Shown: positions 8,694-18,768 of the stretch, one piece after another
How positions within the stretch are numbered: the first letter of the stretch is position 1
How the letters are laid out: each line of letters opens with the position of its first letter
Assembly (NCBI GenBank): GCA_013202925.1
Contig: JABMRA010000087.1
Location: forward strand, 1 to 57,596
DNA from: Candidatus Omnitrophota bacterium
GTDB lineage: Bacteria; Omnitrophota; Gorgyraeia; Gorgyraeales; Gorgyraeaceae
Length of the DNA stretch: 57,596 bases
Reading direction: 5' to 3'
The notes under the pieces: generated by a model
Databases searched by the model: none
What the model was told of the DNA's origin: nothing
Seen by the model: the letters and a program-made list of their open reading frames with translations, nothing else
Translations under genes and position numbers: made by a program

Positions 8694-9327
8694 TCCGCGG
8701 CGTTTTTGGGATGATTTCTGGAAGGCCCGCAGCGTTAAGGACGCGGGGTCGCGGGCCAAGGCACGCATGATAGACATTGTATCGAATTACACAAAGCCCG
8801 GCGACAGCGTTCTGGATGCCGGATGCGGCTCGGGATTTTTTTCATCCCATTTTATATCCTCTGGCTGCAATGCGTATTCTCTGGATTATTCCGAACAGGC
8901 CCTATTGGTCACAAAAGGACGCACAGAAGGCAAGGCCAAGGCGTATATAAAAACGGATATTTTGGACGAAGAGGCCTTGTCGGATATCGGCACAAGGTTT
9001 GATGTTATTTTTACAGACGGACTTTTAGAGCATTATTCGAAGGAGGAGCAGGACAGGATCATTCGGAATATGAAGCGCCTCAAAAGAGAGAATGGCTGCA
9101 TGATAAACTTTGTTCCAAATAGATTTTCTTTCTGGTCTATGATACGGCCGTTTTATATAGGTATCAAGGAAAGACCTTTCCTTATGAAGGGGTTTTTGGA
9201 CCTTCATGCGAGAAACGGCCTGAAGATCATTTCGTCAGGCGGCCTTAATGTAGTGCCTTTTGGGATTTCACCCGAGAGATCATTGGGCAGGCGCCTCGGC
9301 ATGCTTTTTTATTGTGTAGCAATATAG
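8614..9327 (+). CDS. class I SAM-dependent methyltransferase (start uncertain)
   Basis: SAM motif I VLDAGCGSGFF and motif FDVIFTDGLLEHY. The track start at 8614 overlaps the GT2 gene by 80 nt. Alternative in-frame starts are TTG 8659 or ATG 8767. Confidence 0.75.
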   Translation: MLPLSAPLCVFWEVYLGLLHSGSSKDNPRRFWDDFWKARSVKDAGSRAKARMIDIVSNYTKPGDSVLDAGCGSGFFSSHFISSGCNAYSLDYSEQALLVTKGRTEGKAKAYIKTDILDEEALSDIGTRFDVIFTDGLLEHYSKEEQDRIIRNMKRLKRENGCMINFVPNRFSFWSMIRPFYIGIKERPFLMKGFLDLHARNGLKIISSGGLNVVPFGISPERSLGRRLGMLFYCVAI

Positions 9328-9331
9328 CCCA

Positions 9332-9368
9332 GGGTTTACATTTAAGTCATTGACTTAAATGTAAACCC
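9332..9368. repeat. 37-nt near-perfect palindrome (18-bp arms)
   Basis: GGGTTTACATTTAAGTCA-T-TGACTTAAATGTAAACCC lies between the methyltransferase stop and the rSAM start. No U-tract follows. Confidence 0.7.
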
Positions 9369-9382
9369 ATCCAAGGAAGAGA

Positions 9383-10825
9383 ATGAAGATATTATTTCTG
9401 AATCCATCATACGGGAAAGGGTTTTGTAAGACAGCGAGGTGGTTTGCCAAGTCCAGGGCAAGGGAACATCGCCACCCGGATTATCTCTGCACAGCAATAG
9501 CTGTTCTGGAGAGGGATGGCCATTGCTGCAGGTTTGTGGATGGCGCAGCCAAGGACGTGTCTGTCAGCGAGACAGCGCAGGTGCTCAGGGATTTTAAGCC
9601 GGAAGCTGTTGTTATCAATACGACCACGCCCTCTATAGATTCTGATCTGGGGTATGCGAGGATGTGCAAGGAGCAAGCCGGCCAGGGAGTTTTCACGATA
9701 ATGGTAGGGCCGCATGTGAGCGCTGAGCCAGAGGACGCGCTGAGAAGAGGCGGGCATTTTTTAGACGCTGCTGCGCGGAGAGAGTATGACTATACCTTAA
9801 AGGAATTTGCCAATACCGGAGGCATCTCTGATTTAAAGGGTGTGTCGTATTTAAAGGATGGCGAGGTGATACATAATCCAGACAGGCCGTTTATTGAGGA
9901 CATGGACGATCTTCCTTTTCCAGCATGGCACCACATAGATCCCCGCGATTATTATGCCCCTGCCAAAAGAAACCCTTTTCTTACCTTGATCACCGGAAGG
10001 GGCTGCGAAGGCAGATGCACTTTTTGTCTGTTTCCTCAGGTGATGTATGGCAGGCATTACAGGCCGAGGAGCCCTGAAAACGTATTGGATGAGATAGAAT
10101 ATGATATACGGCTTTTCCCTGGATTAAAGGAGATCATGTTTGAGGACGATACCTTTACGCTGGCCAGATTTCATGGGAGATTGGCGCGGATATGCCAGGG
10201 TATGCTGGATAGAAAAATAAGGATATCATGGGCATGCAATGCGAGGCCGGATATACAGGATCTCTCTCTTTTGAGATTAATGAAAAAGGCAGGCTGCAGG
10301 ATGGTGTGCGTTGGTTTTGAATCAGGGGACGAAAATATACTGGCGAATCTCAAAAAAGGGACTTCTCCCGGGGCAATGATGAACTTTGCCCGATTATGCA
10401 GGAAGGCAGGCATATCAGTGCACGGATGTTTTATAATAGGGGCCCCTGGCGAGACAGCAGATTCTATCAAAAAGACGGCCAGGTTTGCCGCAGGCATGCC
10501 GATTGATACAGTCCAGTTCAGCGGGTTATGTCCTTATCCGGGGACAGAGTTTTATAATTGGTGCAGGGAGAGCAATTATATTAGTTCAAGGACCTGGAAG
10601 GAATGGGTGGATGACAATGGAGAGCAGAGGACCATCATAGATTATCCGCATCTTTCGTGCGAGGCCATGAACAAGGCAATAGACAGGTCACTCTACAGCT
10701 TTTATCTCAGACCTCGCTATATACTCTCGCAGGTCTTTCAACCCAGATCCGCGCAAGATATCCAGGCAAGGGCAAAGGGGTTGTTTAATTTCATTAATCA
10801 TATGTGGGTAACAAGGTATATGTAG
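9383..10825 (+). CDS. B12-binding domain radical SAM protein
   Basis: N-terminal Rossmann-like B12-binding region (MKILFLNPSYG...), rSAM motif GRGCEGRCTFCLFP (CxxxCxxC), and a downstream FESGDENIL box. Confidence 0.85.
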   Translation: MKILFLNPSYGKGFCKTARWFAKSRAREHRHPDYLCTAIAVLERDGHCCRFVDGAAKDVSVSETAQVLRDFKPEAVVINTTTPSIDSDLGYARMCKEQAGQGVFTIMVGPHVSAEPEDALRRGGHFLDAAARREYDYTLKEFANTGGISDLKGVSYLKDGEVIHNPDRPFIEDMDDLPFPAWHHIDPRDYYAPAKRNPFLTLITGRGCEGRCTFCLFPQVMYGRHYRPRSPENVLDEIEYDIRLFPGLKEIMFEDDTFTLARFHGRLARICQGMLDRKIRISWACNARPDIQDLSLLRLMKKAGCRMVCVGFESGDENILANLKKGTSPGAMMNFARLCRKAGISVHGCFIIGAPGETADSIKKTARFAAGMPIDTVQFSGLCPYPGTEFYNWCRESNYISSRTWKEWVDDNGEQRTIIDYPHLSCEAMNKAIDRSLYSFYLRPRYILSQVFQPRSAQDIQARAKGLFNFINHMWVTRYM

Positions 10826-10858
10826 ATGGCCCTGATGCCCTAAAAGGTATTCCTCACC

Positions 10859-10887
10859 TTGACAAACCGCAAAGTGTATGGTATACT
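10859..10887 (+). promoter_or_regulatory. sigma70-type promoter (TTGACA, 17-nt spacer, TGGTATACT)
   Basis: -35 TTGACA at 10859-10864, 17-nt spacer, extended -10 TGgTATACT ending at 10887, 34 nt upstream of the cvpA-like start. Confidence 0.5.
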
Positions 10888-10921
10888 TCTTCTACATTCT
10901 ATTTGTTCCCCGTTTTAATAT

Positions 10922-11464
10922 ATGCCTCATATAAGGTTCAATTGGGTTGACATTCTTTTTGTAACCCTAGTAATTAGAATATGTTACATCGGCTATAAAA
11001 AAGGTCTTTTTTCTGAGCAATTTCGCCTTTTAGGCCTATTTACCGCATTCATTCTTTCTTTTAATAATTATACCAGGGTAAGTAATTTTTTGACGACCCA
11101 TACCTCATGGTCCGGTATAAAGCCGGACGCGGTCTCGTTCTTATTTATATTTTTACTTATACTTGCCATATTCAAGATCCTGACCAAAATGGCAGGTTTA
11201 TTTTTTGGCGGCGAAGAAAACGTTTCCATTTTCAACAGTCTTGCAGGGTTTGTATTGGCCCTGGCAAGAGGCCTTTTATTGATAGGCCTGATCTATGTTT
11301 TGCTGGTCAATAGTCATTTTAAATATTTATCCAATAGCGCAGAAGAAAGATCTTTTTCAGGTCAGTATGTGGCGGAGATAGCGCCTTTTGCATACAAGGC
11401 AGGAATGGCCATGTATCCGTGGAAGGCAACAGAGACACCGCTGGTGAAGCTGATAAACAGTTAA
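10922..11464 (+). CDS. CvpA-family membrane protein
   Basis: 180 aa, 4 TM helices. The N-terminal WVDILFVTLVIRICYIGYKKGLFSE is typical of the colicin V production protein family. Confidence 0.7.
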   Translation: MPHIRFNWVDILFVTLVIRICYIGYKKGLFSEQFRLLGLFTAFILSFNNYTRVSNFLTTHTSWSGIKPDAVSFLFIFLLILAIFKILTKMAGLFFGGEENVSIFNSLAGFVLALARGLLLIGLIYVLLVNSHFKYLSNSAEERSFSGQYVAEIAPFAYKAGMAMYPWKATETPLVKLINS

Positions 11465-11481
11465 GTTTAGGGAGGGATCAA

Positions 11482-12441
11482 GTGAAGCTTGGCGACATTT
11501 ATAAGAGGGCAGTGGAGTTCGGGATGCAAAAGGATCCAAGGGGTAAAGCAGGCGTCAAGGAAGAGCTTTTAAGGGCAAAGAAAGAATACGAAAACCTGAA
11601 CAAAAAAGACAAGGAAGTATACGATAAAGAAAGGCTTATTAATCCTTACAGCGATACGCGTATACTCTTTGGCAAAAAAGACATTGAGGTCAAGACGCTT
11701 CTTGTGGGCATAGATATAGAGGTGGGCGAGGTCCTTCTTGCCGATAGATTAAGAGAAAGAGGAGAAAAAATAGATCTTTTACTTGCGCATCACCCTGAAG
11801 GCACTGCGCTTGCAGGATTTTTCAACGTGATGTATATGCAGGTCGATATATTGAAAGGGGTGGGCGTGCCTGTGAATATCGCCGAGTCCCTGATGCAGGA
11901 AAGGATAAAAGAGGTCGAGAGAAAGGTGCTTCCCGCGAATCACATGAGGGCTGTTGATGCAGCCAGGCTTATGGGCATTGCCTTTATGAACTGTCATACG
12001 CCTGCGGACAATTGTGTTGCTTCGTATCTGCAGGGCCTGATGGACAAGAAAAGACCGGATACACTCGCTGATATAATAGATATCCTTAAGGTAATCCCTG
12101 AATATAAAGAATCGACAAAACAGGGCTTGCCTCCCCAGATCATAAGGGGTCACTCGTCAAGTAAGGCAGGCAAGGTGTTTGTGGACATGACAGGCGGGAC
12201 AGAGGGCTCCAAGAATATATTCAGTAAACTTTCCAATGCAGGCATCTCAACGCTGGTATGCATGCATCTTGGCGAACAGCATTTCAAGAAGGCATCTGAA
12301 GAGCATCTGAATGTGATCATTGCCGGGCATATAGCGAGCGACAACGTGGGGTTGAACCTGATGCTCGATGAACTGGGAAAAAAGGAAAGGCTTAACATAC
12401 TGAGTTGTTCAGGGTTCAGGTGCTTCTCGCGGAGGAAATAG
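11482..12441 (+). CDS. NIF3-like (dinuclear metal centre) family protein
   Basis: GTG at 11482 is preceded by GGGAGGGA, and I prefer it over the overlapping ATG at 11419. DLLLAHHPEG and the C-terminal IIAGHIASDN resemble NIF3/YbgI metal-ligand motifs. A NIF3 gene next to dnaG-rpoD is common synteny. Confidence 0.55.
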   Translation: MKLGDIYKRAVEFGMQKDPRGKAGVKEELLRAKKEYENLNKKDKEVYDKERLINPYSDTRILFGKKDIEVKTLLVGIDIEVGEVLLADRLRERGEKIDLLLAHHPEGTALAGFFNVMYMQVDILKGVGVPVNIAESLMQERIKEVERKVLPANHMRAVDAARLMGIAFMNCHTPADNCVASYLQGLMDKKRPDTLADIIDILKVIPEYKESTKQGLPPQIIRGHSSSKAGKVFVDMTGGTEGSKNIFSKLSNAGISTLVCMHLGEQHFKKASEEHLNVIIAGHIASDNVGLNLMLDELGKKERLNILSCSGFRCFSRRK

Positions 12442-12450
12442 ACACAGATC

Positions 12451-14214
12451 ATGGCTAAGATACCAGAACACATACTAAATGAGATTCAGGACAGAAGCGA
12501 TATAGTGGAGGTCATCTCCGGTTATATCCCCTTGAGGCCGGCTGGCAGGAATTTCAAGACGCTCTGTCCGTTCCATCACGAGAAGACGCCGTCTTTTATC
12601 GTGAGCCCCGATAAACAGATATATCATTGTTTCGGATGTCATTCCGGCGGAAACGTATTTAATTTTGTAAAGGAATACGAAAAGATAGATTTTATTGACG
12701 CGGTAAGGATGCTTGCCGGAAAGACTGGCGTAAAGTTACCGGCATACAAGAAGGAATCGCGCGAAGAGGATTCATTTGTAGGCACTGTTTACAGCATAAA
12801 TGATATTGCAGCAAATTTCTATAGTAGTCTATTGGAAAGGGCCCCTGCGTCTTCAGGGGTGCGGCGTTACGTAGAAAAGAGGGGGATTGAGGAGTCTGTG
12901 TTAAAAAAATTCAGGGTCGGTTGTGCGGATGCCTCCTGGAGCTCTCTAGCGGATTATTTATTGAAAAGGGGCGTAAAGATAGATATGTCGTTGAAGGCCG
13001 GCCTGATCCAAAAAGGCAAGCAGGGATCTTTTTACGACCTATTCAGGGGCAGGCTCATATTTCCTATATGCGATGTCAGGGGAAGGATCCTGGGTTTTGG
13101 CGCTAGGGTCATGGATGATTCTTTGCCAAAGTATATAAATTCCCCAGAGACCGTGATCTACAAAAAGAGCCAGCATCTATACGGCCTAAATTTCGCAAAG
13201 CCCCACATAAGGGAAAAGGGTTTTGCGATTATAACAGAAGGTTATCTTGATGTAATCACTTCTCATCAATATGGCATAAGCAATACGATCTCCTCTCTGG
13301 GCACAGCGCTGACGCTTGAACAGATAAGACTTCTCAGAAGATACACGCATAACGTGGTGATGGTATATGATGCAGACCAGGCAGGCGAGATGGCGACGCT
13401 GAGGGGCCTGGACCTGTTCCTGGAAGAGGGCATGAATGTCAAGGTGGCGACCCTGGATAAAGGCCATGACCCTGATAGTTTTATACGCAAATTTGGTCCG
13501 CGTGGTTTTACTACAGCGATAAAAAAGGCAAACAGTTTGTTTGATTATAAATTGGGGCTTTTGAATGAGAAATTCACAAAAGACGAACCTGAGCAGAAGG
13601 CCGAGATCGTAAAAGAGATGCTTTTAACAATACGGAAGGTTAGAAATTCTGTTATAAAAGCGGAATATATAAAAAGGTTATCCCAGGGGCTTTCTATAAA
13701 AGAAGATGCTGTATGGGATGAGCTAAAGAAAACCAAAAAGAAGGTCAGGGGTTATGAACTACGGACGACGGACGACGAACCGCGAACGACGATAAGTATA
13801 TCTCCGGCAGAAAAGATATTGCTAAAACTAATGCTCGAGGATGTCAACGTGGTAAACACTGTTAAAAACAGTCTCCAGCCGTTTGATTTTAAAAACCCGC
13901 AGATAAGACACCTGGTCGAAGCGCTTTTTGGCCTGGACTCGGAAGATAGTTTTATAGATGCGACGAAGCTTATCAATTACCTGGAAGACAGGGTTGCGCC
14001 CAACGTGATTTCTTTTATTGTCAATGAAGAGATGGATATAAAGGATAAGGAGCGGAACGTCTCGGACTGCATAAGGACGATCAAGAAAGAACAGAGATGC
14101 GAGGAGTTAAAGGATATTCAGAACAGATTGATCTTAGCGCAGAAGAATGGCTTTGAAGACGAGGCAAAAAATCTTTTAGAGCAGTTTAGTAAGTTGATAA
14201 AAAAAGGAGCTTAA
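12451..14214 (+). CDS. dnaG: DNA primase DnaG
   Basis: CHC2 zinc finger CPFHHEKTPSFIVSPDKQIYHCFGCHSGGNVFNF and TOPRIM motifs EGYLDVI and VVMVYDADQAG. Confidence 0.92.
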   Translation: MAKIPEHILNEIQDRSDIVEVISGYIPLRPAGRNFKTLCPFHHEKTPSFIVSPDKQIYHCFGCHSGGNVFNFVKEYEKIDFIDAVRMLAGKTGVKLPAYKKESREEDSFVGTVYSINDIAANFYSSLLERAPASSGVRRYVEKRGIEESVLKKFRVGCADASWSSLADYLLKRGVKIDMSLKAGLIQKGKQGSFYDLFRGRLIFPICDVRGRILGFGARVMDDSLPKYINSPETVIYKKSQHLYGLNFAKPHIREKGFAIITEGYLDVITSHQYGISNTISSLGTALTLEQIRLLRRYTHNVVMVYDADQAGEMATLRGLDLFLEEGMNVKVATLDKGHDPDSFIRKFGPRGFTTAIKKANSLFDYKLGLLNEKFTKDEPEQKAEIVKEMLLTIRKVRNSVIKAEYIKRLSQGLSIKEDAVWDELKKTKKKVRGYELRTTDDEPRTTISISPAEKILLKLMLEDVNVVNTVKNSLQPFDFKNPQIRHLVEALFGLDSEDSFIDATKLINYLEDRVAPNVISFIVNEEMDIKDKERNVSDCIRTIKKEQRCEELKDIQNRLILAQKNGFEDEAKNLLEQFSKLIKKGA

Positions 14215-14217
14215 CCT

Positions 14218-15825
<1,608 letters not shown>

Positions 15826-15847
15826 TCTGTTGTTTGTCTGTTCTAGA

Positions 15848-15882
15848 GGGGTCAAGCTGTTAAAGCTTGACCCCTTTTTTTT
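15848..15882 (+). terminator. intrinsic terminator of the dnaG-rpoD operon
   Basis: GGGGTCAAGC-TGTTAA-GCTTGACCCC followed by T8, 23 nt after the rpoD stop. Confidence 0.85.
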
Positions 15883-15962
15883 ATCGCAAATGCTTTACAT
15901 TTTCGACAATGTCAGAAGTGTAAAGCATTTTGTGGGCGGCTGCGAGGCAGGACAAAATATAC

Positions 15963-15991
15963 TTGTCATAGCATAGTTCAAATGGTATTAT
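15963..15991 (+). promoter_or_regulatory. sigma70-type promoter placed for a leaderless mRNA
   Basis: TTGTCA (15963-15968), 17-nt spacer, TGGTATTAT (-10 at 15986-15991). Only 7 nt separate the -10 from the ATG at 15999, and there is no Shine-Dalgarno. Confidence 0.5.
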
Positions 15992-15998
15992 AAAAGCC

Positions 15999-16964
15999 AT
16001 GAAAAATACTAAATGCCCTGTATGTGAAAATCCCGAAAATAGACTGCTCTATTCAAAAGAAGAAGATCTGGCCGCAGAAAAATTTTCCTTTAATATTCTA
16101 AGGTGCGGTAATTGCAGTCACCTCTTTTCCTTTCCATTGTCTTCTTCCGGAGAACTAAATAGCAATTATGAAGAGACAAGGGCTATATTTCTTGATGACC
16201 TGAAAAAGACAAACAAAAAGATTAAAAAATGGGATAAGGGATGGAGAAAGTTTATTTTAAAAGAATATCTAGGATATAAGAAAACCCCGTCGAGGAACAG
16301 CCTGAAATATCTATGCGCGTTCTTTATGTCGAGATTCACCTCTCTTACTCTTGTGCCATTTCACGGGGAAGGTAAAATACTGGATGTCGGCTGTTACAAC
16401 ATGCTGTACCTTCACCTGCTTAAAAATCTAGGGTGGGATGTACAGGGAGTCGAAATTGATAGAAATGCCTGCAGGCTGGCAATGGAATTAGACATCAGTA
16501 CCTTCTGCGGGGAACTAGAAAATGCGGGATTTGCTGAAGAGTCTTTTGACGTGGTACGGTTCAATCAAGTCCTTGAACATATCCCTGATCCTAAAAAAAC
16601 AATAAATGAGGCAAAGAGGGTATTGAAAAAAGGCGGAAGGCTTTACATCTCTGTTCCAAACGCAAGAAGCCTGGCCCGTCTTTTATTTGGAGATATATGG
16701 CTCGGCCCCGCAGGCCATGTCCAGGGATTTTCCCCTCGTTCCGCAACATACCTCTGCAGGCACCTGGGGTTCAAAATAAAATCTATGAGATTCAATTCAA
16801 GCAGAAATATCCTTATTAACGGTATTGATTATTTTCTCAAGGGCATGGGGAAGGATATTTCACTGAAAAACAGATTTACCCGTTATGCTATCGCTTCCCC
16901 GCTCAATTTTATTCTGAACATACTGCATCTCTCTGATACGCTCACTGTCGAGGCAGAAAAATAA
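15999..16964 (+). CDS. class I SAM-dependent methyltransferase with N-terminal Cys4 zinc ribbon
   Basis: CPVC...CGNC at the N-terminus, SAM motif ILDVGCYN, and FDVVRFNQVLEHIPDP plus GGRLYISVPN motifs. Confidence 0.75.
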   Translation: MKNTKCPVCENPENRLLYSKEEDLAAEKFSFNILRCGNCSHLFSFPLSSSGELNSNYEETRAIFLDDLKKTNKKIKKWDKGWRKFILKEYLGYKKTPSRNSLKYLCAFFMSRFTSLTLVPFHGEGKILDVGCYNMLYLHLLKNLGWDVQGVEIDRNACRLAMELDISTFCGELENAGFAEESFDVVRFNQVLEHIPDPKKTINEAKRVLKKGGRLYISVPNARSLARLLFGDIWLGPAGHVQGFSPRSATYLCRHLGFKIKSMRFNSSRNILINGIDYFLKGMGKDISLKNRFTRYAIASPLNFILNILHLSDTLTVEAEK

Positions 16965-17041
16965 TACCCATCTGTGATTGCAGGCGTCCTATTTAGGTAC
17001 ACCCTACTATTTTCTGTGCCGACTTGTTCTAAAAAATCCTC

Positions 17042-17070
17042 TTGTCAGGCACTAAACCAAATGATATAAT
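17042..17070 (+). promoter_or_regulatory. sigma70-type promoter (duplicate of the tRNA-Met promoter)
   Basis: TTGTCA (17042-17047), 17-nt spacer, TGATATAAT (-10 at 17065-17070). Same architecture as the promoter at 18652-18680. Confidence 0.5.
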
Positions 17071-17081
17071 CATCTTTCTAC

Positions 17082-17120
17082 GGGCCCATAGCTCAGTTGG
17101 TTAGAGCACCTGACTCATAA
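17082..17120 (+). pseudogene. truncated tRNA-Met(CAT) 5' half (acceptor 5' strand through the end of the anticodon loop)
   Basis: 39/39 nt identical to 18692-18730 of the intact tRNA-Met. Identity stops exactly after the anticodon loop CTCATAA. No anticodon 3' stem, T-arm or acceptor 3' strand follows. Confidence 0.8.
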
Positions 17121-17187
17121 ACCGAATCAAAGAATTTCCGTAACGCTTTGAAATTGCTGCTCCCACAATATCTTAACTAGCAAAAAC

Positions 17188-18513
17188 ATGAAAATTGCAT
17201 TAATACGTTGTTTTTGGATTCCCGTTTCATGGCCGCCTGATATAGGGCTCGCATATATCGCTGCTGTTCTTAAAAAAGACGGTCATGAAGTATCGGTATT
17301 TGATTTGAATATAGAATTCTATCACAAAATGGAAGAATTTAGAGAGAAGTTGGAACAGGGTAATCGCGTTGTATTAGAGGAGCTTGGGGAAGTATTTTTA
17401 CAAAAGCACCAACACCTCATAGGTGAGATATGCGACGATATCTTGAAACTGCAACCGGAGATTATTGGCTTCTGCATTTGGCAAACTAATACAATAGTTA
17501 GCCGGAATTTAGCCAAAAGGCTTAAAGAAATAGACCCGTCTATATTTATAATTTTCGGTGGACCTGATTCCTTTCCACTGTTTTCAGGGAAAAAGATCAT
17601 TGAAGATAAGATAGCAGATGTGGTCGTATATGGTGAAGCAGAGATTACAATCAGGAGAGTCTTGGATTCAATTAGTAAGGATAGAAAAGTTATGCCGATA
17701 CAGGGGACTATTATTAACAGAAACGGTGAAATAGTAGATTGTGGTTGGCCTGATTTAGTAGAAAATCTAGATGAGTTGCCAGTTCCAGCATGGGATGACT
17801 TTCCGCTGCAATTGTACATTGATAAAAACACCATACCGATATCTTTTAGTCGAGGCTGCGCGTATAAATGCGAGTATTGCCCAAGAGAAACATATCCGAG
17901 ATATCGCTGTCGTTCAGCTGAAAATATAGTTTCTGAAATAGAGAGTTGGTTACATGGACATCCGAATAGACGTACCTTTTCTGTCTCTGACAGCGCACTT
18001 AATAACAACCCCAGGCAAGTAGAAAAGTTATGCGACTTAATTATCGATAGAAATCTTCATATCAAATTCGGAGGTTTTGCTATCCCTCATCCACGGATGG
18101 ATTGTAAGTTTCTTTTAAAGATGAAAAAGGCAGGATTTGACGGACTTTGTTATGGAGTGGAAAGTGGCTCTGATAGAATACTTGCTAAACTGGGAAAAAA
18201 AATAAAACTTGAAACTATACAAAGAGTAATAAAAGATACATATGAAGCCGGTATATCTGTTACCGTAGATCTTTTAGTAGGATTGCCCGGTGAATCAGAA
18301 GACGATTTCGACAGATCGCTGGATTTTTTAATTCAGAATAGAAAATATATAACTGATGTAGGGGCCAACCGTTATGGGGTGGCAGAGTATAGCTATGTCA
18401 AATCACATAGAGAAGAATTTGAATTTATACCTGAGGAAGTTATAAATAGTCGCTTTACCAGGCTTAAAGGAATAATCGATTCTCTAAATCTTTCTGTGAC
18501 TAACAAGTATTGA
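17188..18513 (+). CDS. B12-binding domain radical SAM protein (stand-alone, bracketed by tRNA-Met 5'-half repeats)
   Basis: N-terminal MKIALIRCFWIPVSWPPDIGLAYIAAVLKKDGHEVSVFDLN (B12-binding-like), rSAM motif SRGCAYKCEYCPR, and YGVESGSDRIL. Confidence 0.85.
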   Translation: MKIALIRCFWIPVSWPPDIGLAYIAAVLKKDGHEVSVFDLNIEFYHKMEEFREKLEQGNRVVLEELGEVFLQKHQHLIGEICDDILKLQPEIIGFCIWQTNTIVSRNLAKRLKEIDPSIFIIFGGPDSFPLFSGKKIIEDKIADVVVYGEAEITIRRVLDSISKDRKVMPIQGTIINRNGEIVDCGWPDLVENLDELPVPAWDDFPLQLYIDKNTIPISFSRGCAYKCEYCPRETYPRYRCRSAENIVSEIESWLHGHPNRRTFSVSDSALNNNPRQVEKLCDLIIDRNLHIKFGGFAIPHPRMDCKFLLKMKKAGFDGLCYGVESGSDRILAKLGKKIKLETIQRVIKDTYEAGISVTVDLLVGLPGESEDDFDRSLDFLIQNRKYITDVGANRYGVAEYSYVKSHREEFEFIPEEVINSRFTRLKGIIDSLNLSVTNKY

Positions 18514-18651
18514 ATTGAAGGTAAAGACTGCATTGCTCAGGATATCAAAATATCCAGACAGCCTTTAAGTATTTGCAATAAGATAGACCCTTCTTTTATT
18601 ATCGAAAAATACAGGCTGTTCACTCCAAAAAAAGAACTAGGCCAATATCTC

Positions 18652-18680
18652 TTGTCATGATTCGAGTTAGGTGGTATAAT
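18652..18680 (+). promoter_or_regulatory. sigma70-type promoter of tRNA-Met
   Basis: TTGTCA (18652-18657), 17-nt spacer, TGGTATAAT (-10 at 18675-18680), 11 nt upstream of the tRNA 5' end. Confidence 0.55.
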
Positions 18681-18691
18681 TATTTTTCTAT

Positions 18692-18768
18692 GGGCCCATA
18701 GCTCAGTTGGTTAGAGCACCTGACTCATAATCAGGGTGTCCAAGGTTCAAGTCCTTGTGGGCCCACCA
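18692..18768 (+). tRNA. tRNA-Met (anticodon CAT; elongator-type, could alternatively be lysidine-modified tRNA-Ile2)
   Basis: Hand-folded: GGGCCCA/TA/GCTC-AGTTGGTTA-GAGC/A/CCTGA-CTCATAA-TCAGG/GTGTC/CAAGG-TTCAAGT-CCTTG/TGGGCCC/ACCA. G1:C72 is paired, so it is not an initiator. Confidence 0.88.

Noticed and set aside
13741-13800. ACGACG/ACGGACG-rich micro-repeat inside dnaG (encodes YELRTTDDEPRTT)
   Set aside because: It is short, imperfect and in-frame, lying in the poorly conserved linker between the primase core and the C-terminal helicase-binding domain. This is probably ordinary low complexity.
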